A stretch of 64,000 bases of DNA from Craspedostauros australis (GCA_030167865.1 JALAGF010005488.1:1-64000); one strand, 5' to 3'. Positions 1-12,313 are shown, counted from the first letter of the stretch. Translations and numbers: made by a program. Notes: generated by a model not told the origin, from the letters alone.

Positions 1-380
1 CTGCGGTAGATCGTCGCTTCTCCACGGCCTTGTCTTCCGCCTCCAGCAAGCTTTGATCGCCGGTGATTTCGGCAAAGTACATGGGCATATCCTCCAAGGA
101 CCTGCCTTTCGTTTCTGGCAGATTGAAGAAGATGAAGAGCGCCGATATTGTGCAGACGGCGGCAAGCAGCAGGAAGGCCCCCGTCCAACTCATCGCCGAT
201 GCCGTGGAAAGGAAGGTGGAGGACATCAAGGTCCCCGTCAAGCGGTTGAANAAGGTNGCGACGCTCNTCGCCTTGNTGCGGACGCTGCTTGGAAAGACTT
301 CCGAANGGATCAACCAGATGCCTGGTCCCATGCCNANGCTGAAGNATGCGANNTANAAGNCCAGTCCAGTCCAGCCCGGN
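1..380 (-). pseudogene. C-terminal fragment (about TM10-12) of a sugar-porter MFS transporter; 5' part missing, stop lies outside the window; pseudogene or assembly artefact
   Basis: Manual minus-strand translation (not in the ORF track): FSxGMGPGIWLIxSEVFPSSVRxKAxSVATxFNRLTGTLMSSTFL...IFFNLPETKGRSLEDM, containing the sugar-porter SEVFP..R and PETKGRSLE motifs. Many scattered Ns at about 250-411. Confidence 0.7.
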
Positions 381-466
381 AANGTTGATCGGTGTCCAGG
401 ACGTGGTGANNTCGCCAACGAAAGCGACACGGATAAGTGCACAGATCCACCATATGGTATTCTAGC

Positions 467-1186
467 TTATGACTTGTCGACAAGAGCAACAGAGTTGGGA
501 CTCGGTTGCACCATCCCCTTGCGATACAGCGCACCCACCGCCTTCTTGAAGGATCCCTTGCTGACGCCGGGGAACAGTGCGTTGATGTCCTGCGGCGACG
601 ACTTGTCACCGACTGCGATCGTCCCGTCCTGCGATGCCTCGAGCTGTTCCATGATCTTGGTGCTGATCTCATCCGCCTTGCCTTTGCCACCGTAGACGCG
701 CAGAGAGAAGAGCATCTTGCCATCTTCACGCGAATTGTCCGCCACGTAGGCTGGCAGTATCTCACCGCGCACGACATCCAGGTTGTTGCGACCTTGACGG
801 AAGTACGATATCTCGTCCTGCAAGATCAATCCCAGACCGTAGGGCTCGTCGTCCACCGACAGCAGATTGCCCTGTTCATGGCCGATGCCGATCAATTCCA
901 CGGAGGCTCCGAGCGGTCCGAAGTCCACCACCTCGACCTGCACTTTGCTTCCCTTCGTGAACGTGGGCTCCGCGTCGTGGCTGTCGCTGGACATCCAGCG
1001 CTTGGACGCAGGATATTGGGCCGTCGCAAAGGCGGATTGCGACGCAATCGGTATTCTCGCTTGATGGCGAATCGCATCCATGCTGTGTGATATCGAATGG
1101 GGCATTGAGGATTGGAATGCAGCGGTTGGTCTTGTTGTGGAGAACAGCATCATGCAGAAGGACGTTGTGTGGATGGGAAGCTTCAT
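467..1186 (-). CDS. CvfB-like RNA-binding protein (S1-like domain plus C-terminal winged helix), probably organelle-targeted
   Basis: Single exon. S1-like KGSKVQVEVVDFGPLGASV...REDGKMLFSLR; CvfB-type WH segment VGDKSSPQDINALFPGVSKGSFKKAVGALYRKG. Start chosen at MKLPIHTT (ATG 1186). Confidence 0.75.
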   Translation of the reverse strand: MKLPIHTTSFCMMLFSTTRPTAAFQSSMPHSISHSMDAIRHQARIPIASQSAFATAQYPASKRWMSSDSHDAEPTFTKGSKVQVEVVDFGPLGASVELIGIGHEQGNLLSVDDEPYGLGLILQDEISYFRQGRNNLDVVRGEILPAYVADNSREDGKMLFSLRVYGGKGKADEISTKIMEQLEASQDGTIAVGDKSSPQDINALFPGVSKGSFKKAVGALYRKGMVQPSPNSVALVDKS

Positions 1187-2783
1187 GATCGCGGTGTCGT
1201 GGTGGTGACGACGTCGTTGCAGCGGCGTTCGCTGTGTGGTCGGTGCTCTGAGGAGGGCTGTTGTTGATGATGATGATGCGGTTGTTGATGATGCGAATGT
1301 TCTCAGGTTGGATCTTTGATGGGTCGATGAGACGAAACGAATTCGTGCACAACCTCTTCTCCAAGATGTTGACATCACCAGTTCAGCCGGAACAGCCAAG
1401 ATGTATTCTAGTATAGAGTATAACAGTTATTGTATGATCGTCGCTGGTTGTTGATATGTTGGATGCTTTCGTCGAGTACGACTATTCGCAGCATGAGGAT
1501 CCCCTGCGCACGAGTGGCTGTTGATGTCGATCGTTGGTGTGGAGGAGTGGAGTTTGTGATGGATTCTTCGTGTCTGAAGGAAGACATGATGTGATGTGTT
1601 GTGATGGGTTTTTGGTTGGTGTTGGATACGATCTGGTCTTGTTTGGTTCTGGTTGGACGATTCGCAAATTTGGTCGTCTGGTTCGGCAGTTCTGATCTCC
1701 GACCAAATGGACCACAAAAGTATCATCGGACACAAGAACAGACACGTCAAGAGAAATGCCGCGAGCTTTGTTCCACACGCGCGTGTTGTGGCAACAACAC
1801 GAGGATGATGCCTGTGAGGTCATTTTGCATGTTCACTGCGACATGGCAGCCACGATGGTTGTTGTCAGTGTTTTTGTGGGGGAGCGCGTTGTGTTGCGTG
1901 TCATGTGTTTCGCGCGTCTTCCCCCCTCTTGTGTTGCGGCTGCCCCCTTGTTGTTTCGTGTGTCCTTTTGCTCCCGACCCGCAGACTTGAGACGGAGACC
2001 GCCAACGCCAACAGCACCGGCCTGACGCCGCACGCAAGCAACTGCGCAATCCACAGAGGTCTCTCCTTGTGGCTTGTTGGTCTTGCTGCATGACCGTCGT
2101 GGTGTGCTGCATGAGTATCTACGAACTAGAACACCGATCGAATCTACTATCATCCATCCTGGAAACAGAGCAGGCTCTCTCTGCCTCCGTCTCCAGAGAG
2201 CAATCGGGTATCGGTCCTCGTACATATAGTACAATACTGCACTATACTGATACGAGCAACATCAGTGTTTGGAGCAGCAGAGCTTCGCCATCAGAAAGCG
2301 CACGATTGGCGTAGGCAGCTGCATCGGCGTTGACTTTGGCTTTGGCTTTGGGTGATTTCGTTCGCCGTTCCGCGCCAACCGCCATCGTCGTCGTTGTCGC
2401 ATCACGTCAGGGACACGGCACGGCGCCAAAGACATCCGAGGCACGACGCACGGCTGTTGGACGCTTGCGTTGGCGGGTGATACCTTCATTGGCGCAACAA
2501 CCATAAGATTGCACGCAACCAGGACAGTCCAAAGAGTGTAGAAGGCGACCGACTACTCTTCTGCTCCACGCGTCCTCGCCTTGTTCGATCAGACCTTGCA
2601 CTCCAGCCACACAAGCAGGTGGACTCGAGCACATCGGCAGGCAGGACGCTGGACGGATACACCAGCAGACACCTCACGCGGACGATCCATCACATCACAT
2701 CACCATCATCCACAAATACCATCTGGACTCGTACCATCCATACCACACTCATACTCACACTCTACAACAAGCCGCAAACCACC

Positions 2784-4970
2784 ATGAACACCAAGGACTA
2801 CGCCTACTCGTGGCACCTGTCCCTCCGCGTGGACCGACCTGTGGAGGGATGCAACATGAAACCAGCTGCCTACATGTACGGAAAGAAATTGGACGATCGG
2901 GAAGCCGACAAGCCTCTGCCGCCGCATTCCAAAAAAATGAGCGAGCCGCCGCCGGATCACGAGTTCAGCTTCCGCTGGTTCCGAGGGCCGACCACCGAGC
3001 CGTGCGCGTTCGAGGAGTGCCCCCGCAGGACCTCCTTCAGCCCTCACGACTGGTCGATGCACGCGCTCGGCGGCTCCGGTTGCTCCCTGCAGTGCGTCTC
3101 CACGCAGTCCAGCTTGTTCAAGTGCACCTTCTGCAACCCATCCTGCTTCGTCAATGCCTGGAAGACGCAGTACACCGTGCCCAAGGAGATGCGCCAGCAG
3201 CATCTCAGCCGCAGCCGCAGCAACACACCCATGCGCCAGCGATCCCCCTCCTACGGCAGCAACGACGACATGCAATCGGTCGCATCCACGGGCAGCATGG
3301 GACCCCGCCTCAACGGCACCCGCTCACCTGCCAACTACAACGACAACGGCTCGCAGCCCGTCACCCCCGTCCGCGGATACGTCGGCAGCTACCACGATTA
3401 CAACGGCCGCATGCCGCAGGGCGAGGATTGGATCGAGATCAGCCGCGACCAGCTCTACACGCCGGGACCGGAAGACGTCGGTCGCAAGCTCAAACTAGAG
3501 GCCGCGGCCTACTGCTCCGAAACGGGGGAGCTCCTCATGCACCGCGTCGTCAAGACGGACATCGTCCTGTCGCGCGCGCCCGATCCCAGGAAACGACGAT
3601 TCGTCACCACGCAGAATGTCGGCGGGGCGGGTCCAAGATTCCGCATGGTCAGTTACAACGTCCTGGCCGAGATCTACGCCACCCAGCAGCAGTATCCGTA
3701 CTGCGATTTCTGGGCGCTGTCGTGGGATTACAGGTACGTGCGGAAGCGAATTGGTGTTCATTCATCGGTGCAGTAGTATCGAAGTGGATATTGCACAGTA
3801 CGACGCATAGGATGGCATGGCGTGATGTGTTGAGAAGTTTGAGAGGAAGTGGAGTGAATTGAATTGAATTGAATTGAGAAACTCTTCTTTTCGGGCCAAC
3901 GCGTTGCTTGCAATTCTGAGTCAACATACCCTGCTCCATACCCTGTCTCTGTACATTCTCACCACTGCGATGCTGTATCTCCCACCTTGCGTGGTTTGCT
4001 TGCCAATTCCGTTGCCACCCGTACGAGTAGATTCCAAAACATCATCCGAGAGCTCGCTGATGCCAACGCCGATGTCGTCTGCTTGCAGGAGGTCCAGGCC
4101 GACCATTACGAGAATCATTTCTATGCTGCCATGATCGAACAGGGATACGAGGGGGTCTTCAAACAAAAGACCAGACAGGCAATGGGGCTTGCCGGCAAGG
4201 TCGACGGATGCGCTCTCTTCTGGAGGCGCTCCAAGTTCCACCTCATCGAATCGTACAGCATCGAGTTCAACGACCTGGCGCAGAGACAGGCAACGCAGGT
4301 CCTCGGCCTCAACCCACGTGGCGAAGGCGCCGCTTTCATCAGCCGGTTATCGAAGGACAACGTCGCGCAGCTTATAGTGCTGGAGCTGGCGCAGCCGACC
4401 ATGACCTCCAGATCCAACCGCGATGCCATCAACCAGGTCTGCATCGCCAACACGCATCTCTACAGCAACAAGGACTTCCCGGACGTCAAGCTGTGGCAGG
4501 CATGGCAGCTCCTCCAGGAGCTCGAACAGTTCGTCATGAGCCGCGCGCAGAACCTCCCCTTGGTCATTTGCGGTGACTTCAACTCAACGCCCGACACGGC
4601 CGTCTACGACCTGCTGGCCAGACAGACCGTGCATCCACGGCACCCGGACGTCAACGTCGAGCCGGGCGAGGGCTGTCCGAAGGTCCTTCCCAACGCCATC
4701 AACATCACGCACTCCTTCGAACTGGGCAGCGCGTACCAAACGGTTCTCGGCGAAGAACCCAAGCAGACCAACTTCACGTCCAACTTCAAGGGCGTGCTGG
4801 ACTACATCTGGTACTCTTCCGTTTACCTGAAACCAATCGCCGTCGCACCCATCCATGATGAAGCAGCCCTGACGAGACACGGAGATGCACTGCCATCGAC
4901 GGAGTTCAGCTCAGATCACATCATGCTAATCACAGACCTTCAGATACTCAGTGGCGGGAGACCACCATAA
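2784..4970 (+). CDS. CCR4: CCR4-family mRNA deadenylase (EEP nuclease), plant-type N-terminus without LRR; exons 2784-3733, 4031-4970
   Basis: EEP motifs SYNVLA, CLQEVQ, NTHL, CGDFNS, LDYIWY, SDH; GT-AG intron 3734-4030 restores WDYR-FQNIIRE. Confidence 0.9.
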
Positions 4971-5350
4971 GCAAATAGAATCAAGAGGTTATGTCACAAT
5001 TGACTGCGTCAAATGCATCGTTCTGCGTTGTTGGAGTGTGGGGAGGCAACGCAGAGTATTATTCCGATGGTGCCACATGACGACTACTCTGCATCCTTCG
5101 TCACTGCGTCGAACAGGTCGGGTACCATACCATACAACAACTCCGAGTCGAGGAGAGTGGAGTAGAGGTAGCAAGTACAACAGCGAAATACGATGCATTT
5201 CGCAGAGAACACTTGGAGTAGTCATACGCACATACTTCTCCCAGCCCATGTAACTAGTACATATAATAGACATGATTTAGTGGAACACTCCACTCTCCAG
5301 AGCATTCTCACTTAATAGTAGCTTATAACGATCTCCCCACTCTCCCCACT

Positions 5351-6622
5351 CTATTGACGCTGGAAGTAGTCCACAAGTCCCCTCCACATGACCGTGAAGA
5401 GGATGGATTGCACGGCGTTGGCAACTATTCTGGTTCGCAGTCCACGGCCGAACAATCCCTTCCATCCATCCGCGGCCACGATCATGCGAATGATCTCCGC
5501 ATACGACATGTCACGCTTCGTCGCAACCGATTGCTTCGTTGTTTTGACCACGCGGGCGGCATTCACAACGGTGTCCGATACCATGCTGGCAACGAGGCCG
5601 ATCAAGGCGTTGCGCAGCAGATCCCGTGGAAGGAAATGATGCAACTGCTTGCTCGTTGAGAGGATGTTGTAGGTGAGGAACCTGCGTGGAGAGCGGAGAT
5701 GGATAAACATAGAGTAGAGTGCGTGCAATGAAGAATGAGACGAGGGAAAAGCAAGGAATGAGGGCGAGTGGTTGAGTCGTTGATCGAATGAGGGCGAGCG
5801 CAAGCGCACGATGACATGCCAACAAGCGCAGGCAATGCAACGTAATGCACTGTAATGCAATGCAATAAGAGTACGATACACGCATTCTCCGCGTTAGTAT
5901 GAGTGCAAGGACCCCTCAACATACCATGGATAGTGCGACGCCGAAGATGATATGGCATTGGCGACAGCTCCTTGGTACAGGACGCCCAGTTTGCCTTCTC
6001 CCACTCGCTGCATGAGATTCTGGTAGCCTTCCGTGGAATCCACTTGCAGGACGGTCTTCATGGTGTCGATCGGCATGAGGCTCATTCGGATGATACCAAC
6101 AATGACGGCCGCCACCAAAGTGGTCACGGCCGGCCCCCAATTCTGCGTCAAGGCCAGGTTCGCCAGCAAATACTGCGTGCCGTCATTGGAGGCCGTGCTG
6201 ACGAAACGCGACATGGGCGCCTGGAACAGGGCAAAGCCAAGCCCGCGGTAGAACCGACGCACGCCGTCCTCCTTGTACAGCGTCTTCATGGCCTGCGTGA
6301 AGTTGGTGCCGTAGCGACATTGGTAGTTGATGACGGTGCGCAGCCACATCAATGACAGAACCTGCACGACGCCCGCGATGGCACCGGGGATGCCACCGCC
6401 CAGCGCACGCTTCGTGGCCTTGGCGAGGATGAGGCTCGTCGTCGTGAAGGATGCGTCGTCCACTTGCACGGTCGATCCGCCGCGCAGGGTTCTGTGCGGA
6501 GCAGCGCTGTCGGCATTGTCCGTCGGCGCGGAGTCGTTGACGTCCAGCAGGAAGGCGACCGCGACACTGCATGCCAGCAGCTGCCCTGTGGTTGGCGCAA
6601 ATCGGCTGCGCTTCATGTTCAT
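5351..6622 (-). CDS. Mitochondrial carrier family (SLC25) protein with N-terminal extension; exons 6622-5925, 5681-5351
   Basis: Carrier motifs MPIDTMKT..Q, EDGVRRFYRGL, ADGWKGLFGRGL; intron 5682-5924 joins SHYPW-FLTYN. Start uncertain (6622 or 6814). Confidence 0.85.
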
Positions 6623-7051
6623 GATGATTGCTATATTACAATTGTTGTTGCTGCTGCTACTGCTGCTGCTGCTGCTGCTGATGTTGTGGTTATGGCCTCT
6701 GCGCGCCGATTTGATGGACGAGAACGGAGAGAGTGGGTGATGGAGCGAATTGTTTGATTCAATCGCGTATTTTCTTTCTTCTCTTGTGCGAAAGAGAGTT
6801 GGTGAAGAAAACATGGTGTCACGTTGCTGCCTTGTTTTGGTGGGTGGGGGACAAGCCGCCGAAAGGAACCAAATTGTGGCGGGAGAAGACAAAAAATGCG
6901 ATGATGCGCTCTCTAGACTTACGGAATGAATGTAGGCGATGTTCATCGTGAGACAAGGAAGAGCATTCAATGCGAGAGCACTCTTGATACCCAACGGGCA
7001 GAACATGAATGAATGCAACTCCTCTGCGTATGATAATCTTATTATATGATT

Positions 7052-8608
7052 TTACCAGCCGTGAGATCGCAGCATCTCCAGTATGTCGCTGTCACCACCA
7101 TTCGATTCCCAAATGGAGCTCGGAGTGTGGCCTCCTTTATCCGGCGTGCCAGCCTCCGCCTTCTCCTCCATGGACAAACCCGCCCCGCCATTCGATGCCA
7201 TCCAGGACAGAACCGCCGCGTTTCGATGCTGCGCGGCTTTGTGCAGCGCGGAATGGCCGTGCGTCTGTTTGCGCGTGAAGGCAACGCCATGCTGTCGCAG
7301 GAATCGGCACAGACGCCAGATCTCATCGTGCTGCTTATTGATGGTCATGGCGACCCAGTGTGCGGCGGAGCAGTCCCAATCATTGCGAGCATGTATGTCC
7401 GCACCGTGATCGACGAGGCAAGACACGGCCGCAAGATGACCTCCGTAACATGCCATGTGCAACGGGGTCGTGCCATCGCCGGATCGGATGTTGGGGTCGC
7501 ATGGCGGGTCAGCGTTCCGCAGCAAGTACTTGAGACATTCCAATCGTCCATTCCTGGCGGCGTAGTGCAATGGAGTCTTTCCGTCACGCCGTCTGTTTGG
7601 TTTCGTCGCTGTGACAACGGCCATGTTGGTTGATTTCGACTGTGCTGACGGTGATGCTGCAGTCGTGTGCTTCCTTCGAAGATCCATGAGATATTGCAGG
7701 CAGTCCACGTGCCCACCGCCGGCAGCCCAGTGCTCGGCGGTCGATCTGTGTCTATCCTCCGTGGCCAGCAACTGCAGAATCGAATCGGCCTGTTTCATTG
7801 CGAAAGCCGCATGAACGGCATTGACTGTCTCGTCACCATTGTTATCTACGCCAGTAGGATCATTGTGGCTCTGTTTGAGGATGGCATCTGTTGTCTGCTT
7901 CACAAGCGCTTTGAGTTCTGCGATGCGTCCATCAGCTGCAAGTTGCAAGAAGCGCGGTAAGCTTGCCTTGTACGATGTTGCGTCATTGCCATTCTTGTCG
8001 ACCTTCCTCTTCTGGTTTGTGTAGTTCATGTCAACATTCGGGCCTTCCAGCTGCACCTTCTGCCGTTTCGGCCCTGGTGATGATCCAGCTGGACTTGCAT
8101 CATCGTCATCAATGTCACGTTGCATCGCGTTGCCACTTTTGGCTCCATTCTCGTCCTGCCCTCCCATCGCTTTCAACACATCGCAAACTCTCGCATCCCA
8201 TTCATCGATCTCCGCCTGCGACGGCTGCCAAGGCCGCATCGGCTGAAACGATGCACTCGCCCTGCGACTGGCCGCGGCCCGATCCTTCGCATCACGTCGT
8301 GCCTGGGCTTCGTGATGCCGTCGGCGGATCTTGTTTTGCAGCTTCGTTGCCTTCCACGGCGCATGCACAGTATGAAGATGCATGGCGATGCCTCGGCCCA
8401 TTGCGAACTTCTTGGCGGAGACGTCGCCGCACAGAGGACATCGCGTCCAACCAGCATCGCAGCCTCTGCCGGCAGACGTGCTGCTGCGATCGAGTCGTCC
8501 CAAGGAATCGGCGGACTTTCGTTTGCGCGATCGTGTTGTGGTCGGATCAGAGTTCGACGATGCAGCGCGTTGCTGCTGCTGCTGCTGGTGTTGTGAATGG
8601 GTCTGCAT
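7052..8608 (-). CDS. Ankyrin-repeat protein with N-terminal C2H2-type zinc finger
   Basis: Ankyrin repeats GKTPLHYAARNG, GTTPLHMACYGG, GHSALHKAAQH; CPLC-x12-MHLHTVH-like zinc finger. Start taken at MQTHSQH. Confidence 0.85.
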   Translation of the reverse strand: MQTHSQHQQQQQQRAASSNSDPTTTRSRKRKSADSLGRLDRSSTSAGRGCDAGWTRCPLCGDVSAKKFAMGRGIAMHLHTVHAPWKATKLQNKIRRRHHEAQARRDAKDRAAASRRASASFQPMRPWQPSQAEIDEWDARVCDVLKAMGGQDENGAKSGNAMQRDIDDDDASPAGSSPGPKRQKVQLEGPNVDMNYTNQKRKVDKNGNDATSYKASLPRFLQLAADGRIAELKALVKQTTDAILKQSHNDPTGVDNNGDETVNAVHAAFAMKQADSILQLLATEDRHRSTAEHWAAGGGHVDCLQYLMDLRRKHTTAASPSAQSKSTNMAVVTATKPNRRRDGKTPLHYAARNGRLECLKYLLRNADPPCDPNIRSGDGTTPLHMACYGGHLAAVSCLVDHGADIHARNDWDCSAAHWVAMTINKQHDEIWRLCRFLRQHGVAFTRKQTHGHSALHKAAQHRNAAVLSWMASNGGAGLSMEEKAEAGTPDKGGHTPSSIWESNGGDSDILEMLRSHGW

Positions 8609-9098
8609 TGCTTTGGACGTCCAATGATGGGAGAGGAATAATTGTGTGTCTTGTGTTGTGGGGTTTTGGGAACGAGTGAATTCTTCCACGTCTCCAAAAC
8701 ACATCCATCTCATCTCTTTCTGTCACGAACCATCAGCCGACGAGCACGACTACACTCAACTCGTAGTCCAATAGAGTAGAAGATTGCAGATATGAGTGCT
8801 CCACCATACACTTCAGTCATGCTCTCGTCCACACATGAATGAGCTACTTGTACACTGCAATACAATACAATACAATAAAATGCAATACAACGAAAGAAAA
8901 TCAATATCGCTCAAGGTTGAGTATATCCAGCACAATGTTCGGAGGCAGACATGTGCTACTCTTGATTCCATCGTGGCTCGTATGTATCGAGGTCATCTGT
9001 TCGCTGCAACACCAAATGAAGCCGACACTAGCTTTGCATCAACGTGTCCATGCACATGCACATGGACACGCACGTCTCTCCACCCTCTGTTAACAGAC

Positions 9099-10322
9099 TT
9101 AGATCACGCCATCCGCCCGCATGTTGCCTTGCCGCATGATACTCTTCATCTCTTCACCATCCGACGGCTGCGGCGGCAATTCGCACGATGCGAACAAGCC
9201 CTTCTGCTCGCGGGCAAACCACATGTACTCGGAAATCATCTTGCATTCCGTGAAGACGCGGTTGCCCCAAATGAACGGGTACATGCTCTCGTCCACCATG
9301 CACTGCATGTTGGTTTCCGGCTGCGCCGCCATGCCGGAAAGACGTTGCTCGAAGCCGTACAACAACGTGATGGCCTTCCACCCGCGCAACGACATCGACA
9401 CCTCCCACACCATGTCGCTGACTTCATTCTCGTAGTACAGGCCGACATCCGCCAGCGTCGTCGCCTCGTCACGCACGGCGCCGATCAGATGGAACACGGC
9501 ATCGAAGGTGCAGCGCTCCCACATGCGACGTCGCCAATCGCGGTAAAAGTCCATGTCGCAATGCACGTCGTGGCGTTGCAACCGCTGCGCGATGGCGCCG
9601 TTCCATTTGCCGCATGCCGTGCATCGTCCGGCCCACTTCTCCTCGCCCATGGCGTCCGTGCCCAACGACACACCAACGTCCACGAAGGACTTGGCCGGCG
9701 TCATCTTCAAGCCGGTGATGAGGCACTGCGTCATGGAGTCGCGGCAGTATCCGTACTCGCGCAGGACGTCCTCGATGTTGCCGTAGACGAGGCCGCCCGA
9801 GAAGAAGACGAAGTCGTCGTAGCGCTCTTCGTAGCTTGCCGGCAGATTCTGGATGAAGTATGCAATCTGCTGTGGCGGCAGCGTGACGTAGATGGGGTAC
9901 TCGGGGTTGCCGTTCACGTCAGGTGGCAAGTGCTGATCCGGCGTGAGGACCAGATCATTGCCGTCCCCCATTCGGTGCAACGCTTCGGCCAGCTCCAAGT
10001 TGCCTTGTCCATCGAATGGTCGGATGATCACGGAGGGCACATCCTCCTTGCGATCTGGCTCTTGCTTGCCGGAGGACAAGAACTCTTGGTAGTCTCGGAC
10101 AGCGCGGCTGTCGCTCCATGTGGCATGCAGCGCGATGGAGCGAGGATCACGGTTGGCATTGACATTGATGTTGGCGTTGGTATTGACTGTGATGCTGCTT
10201 TTGACAGCATTGCCGAGAGATGCACCGAAGGAGGCAGGGGTGATGCTGAAGGGTGCCACGGATGCGATGCACGCCGCTGCGATGCATAATGCTTGAACGG
10301 CAACGGACTGGAATCGGCTCAT
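9099..10322 (-). CDS. Plastid-targeted conserved protein, resembling the plant At1g16080-type ketopantoate-reductase-like family
   Basis: Signal peptide ending SVAP-F plus a transit-like region; segments ALHRMGDGNDLVL, DDFVFFSGG, MWERCTFDAVFHLIGA recalled from this family (memory-based); strong coding bias. Confidence 0.6.
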   Translation of the reverse strand: MSRFQSVAVQALCIAAACIASVAPFSITPASFGASLGNAVKSSITVNTNANINVNANRDPRSIALHATWSDSRAVRDYQEFLSSGKQEPDRKEDVPSVIIRPFDGQGNLELAEALHRMGDGNDLVLTPDQHLPPDVNGNPEYPIYVTLPPQQIAYFIQNLPASYEERYDDFVFFSGGLVYGNIEDVLREYGYCRDSMTQCLITGLKMTPAKSFVDVGVSLGTDAMGEEKWAGRCTACGKWNGAIAQRLQRHDVHCDMDFYRDWRRRMWERCTFDAVFHLIGAVRDEATTLADVGLYYENEVSDMVWEVSMSLRGWKAITLLYGFEQRLSGMAAQPETNMQCMVDESMYPFIWGNRVFTECKMISEYMWFAREQKGLFASCELPPQPSDGEEMKSIMRQGNMRADGVI

Positions 10323-10989
10323 TGTCGCAGCTGCTGCTATTTATTGTTATCGCTCAAGTGCTGGCTCGAGTGTGTGGGTACTTGGAGGGATTGCCGATCT
10401 CGCTTTGATCTCCGTTGGCGATGATTGGGGAAGTTGGTGAATGTGTGGTGGGAGCGATGTTGTTGATGCCTCCGTGAAATCCAACAAGTGACGTTTGCGG
10501 AGGAGTGGGTACCACTGAGTGATTGGTTGACGGCACAGGAATACCGTGACGGTCGGATTTGGATATAAGGCAAATAGTGACATTTTATATATACGTCTGA
10601 TCACGTGTTGATCGGTGATTTTCACTCCTAACAAATCACCGCTTTCGTTGCAATTGAGTCTTGTTAAACACAATGTGCTTAAAATAAGGCATAAATACAT
10701 TAACCTGTACTCCAACGTAGAAAATGCGGTACCATATCCTGAGTACAGTGGAAGACATCACCAATCACGAAAGATACGATTTCTCTGCAATCACAACCAC
10801 AAACCAATCAAGCGATCAAACGAACTTCAGCATGATGCCGATGCCACCACTCGCCGTCGTTTACGTGGAGGTGTCAGTCATGCACGTATTCAACGAAAAG
10901 TACTTAGATCTGTTGGCATAAGATTCGGTGGAGCGTCGTACCTACAGCGGCAACCTTGTCGCCTCTCACCTCTCATCAAATCAGCCGTC

Positions 10990-12100
10990 ATGATGCCGTG
11001 CGTAGTCGTACCCACGGCAATTCGAGTACGATCACGTACACCGCTGCTCGTGATGGTGGCGGTGCTGTGTTTCCTTCTGCAACGAGAAACGAATGCGTTG
11101 AACCCGCGACAGCCAACACGCGATGATGCAATCAGCCGGCGTGCCTTCACCCACACAACGATCGTCGGTTCCGTCGCCACGATATCTGGCAATGCGGCCT
11201 CCGCCATGACGGCCGATGAAGCATCGGCGGCCTACGACACCTTTGCCCCCAAGTACGATGCGTTGGACGGAGGTGAGGCATCCACCGTGCTCGGCATCGA
11301 TGCGGCGCGCGCCAAGCTCTTCCGAACTGCCAAAGGCGACGTTCTTGAGATCGGCGTCGGCACTGGACTGAATTTGGACAAATACGATTGGGGTCAGATC
11401 GATTCGTTGACCTTGGTGGATATATCGGAGGGCATGCTCGCAGAAGCAAGAAAGAAGGTGAACGATCTGCCTCTACTGCAGGGACAAGAGGGTACATCAT
11501 CACGGCGCATCAAATTGATCCAGGGCGATGCCACGACGCAGCTTGTGGAGCTATTCGGCGAGGATGCATTCGATACGGTCGTGGACAGCTTTTCACTTTG
11601 TGTCATGGGGAATCGGGGTGCGCTGAACTGCTTGAATCAGGTCGCGGGCGTTGTGAAGAAGCAGAGTGCTTCAGGGAATGGCGGTGAGTGGTCTGTTTCC
11701 ATTGCAGAAATGATGCATGGGACGGAATGAATGTAATCCTATGGTCCAGACGACGTGCGAGTGCGACTTTACGGAGAATCTGCGCGCACCCATCTGTCAC
11801 TTCTGACACCTGTTCAATCAACATTTTGCTCCACGTATGTGCGAGTATGCACATTCGGCTGTGTTCCCAATTCCTCCAGGCAAGGTGCTTCTGCTGGAGA
11901 ACAACAGATCATCGAATTCATTTCTCGGCATGTACCAGGACGTGACGGCGCAGGCGGCGGCATCCCTCGGAGGTCGAGGCTGCGTGTACAATCAAGATGT
12001 GGAAGGCCTCATCCGTTCCACTGGGAGGTATCGAATCATATCGCAGGAAGCTTATTCGGCTGGCCTATTTCGGTCCTTCCAATGCACAGTCGTGAGATGA
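10990..12100 (+). CDS. Class I SAM-dependent methyltransferase (type 11 / METTL7-like); exons 10990-11683, 11880-12100
   Basis: Motif I VLEIGVGTG, acidic VDISEGML, FDTVVDSFSLC; intron 11684-11879 joins NGG-KVLLLE. Confidence 0.88.
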
Positions 12101-12313
12101 GCATCGTGAAACAGAGCTGGACCCATCAGCACATCGATCACGCCGAGCGCACATGGCAACGGCAATAGAACATCACTTCGTCTTGTTGACATTTACTTTC
12201 GATGAAGCAGAGCGTTGTATCATGTTACCGGGACGTGACATCCTCTGGCGCTTCTCGCTCTCTGCCTTTCTGCAGTCTTGTATTATTAACTCTCTTGCGT
12301 TGCCTCGATTGCA

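Noticed and set aside
63..695. 210-aa plus-strand ORF
   Set aside because: Antisense to the transporter fragment and the CvfB-like gene; the real coding signal is on the minus strand.
8796..10289. 497-aa plus-strand ORF
   Set aside because: Antisense shadow of the 9099-10322 gene, expected from codon bias; no recognisable motifs.
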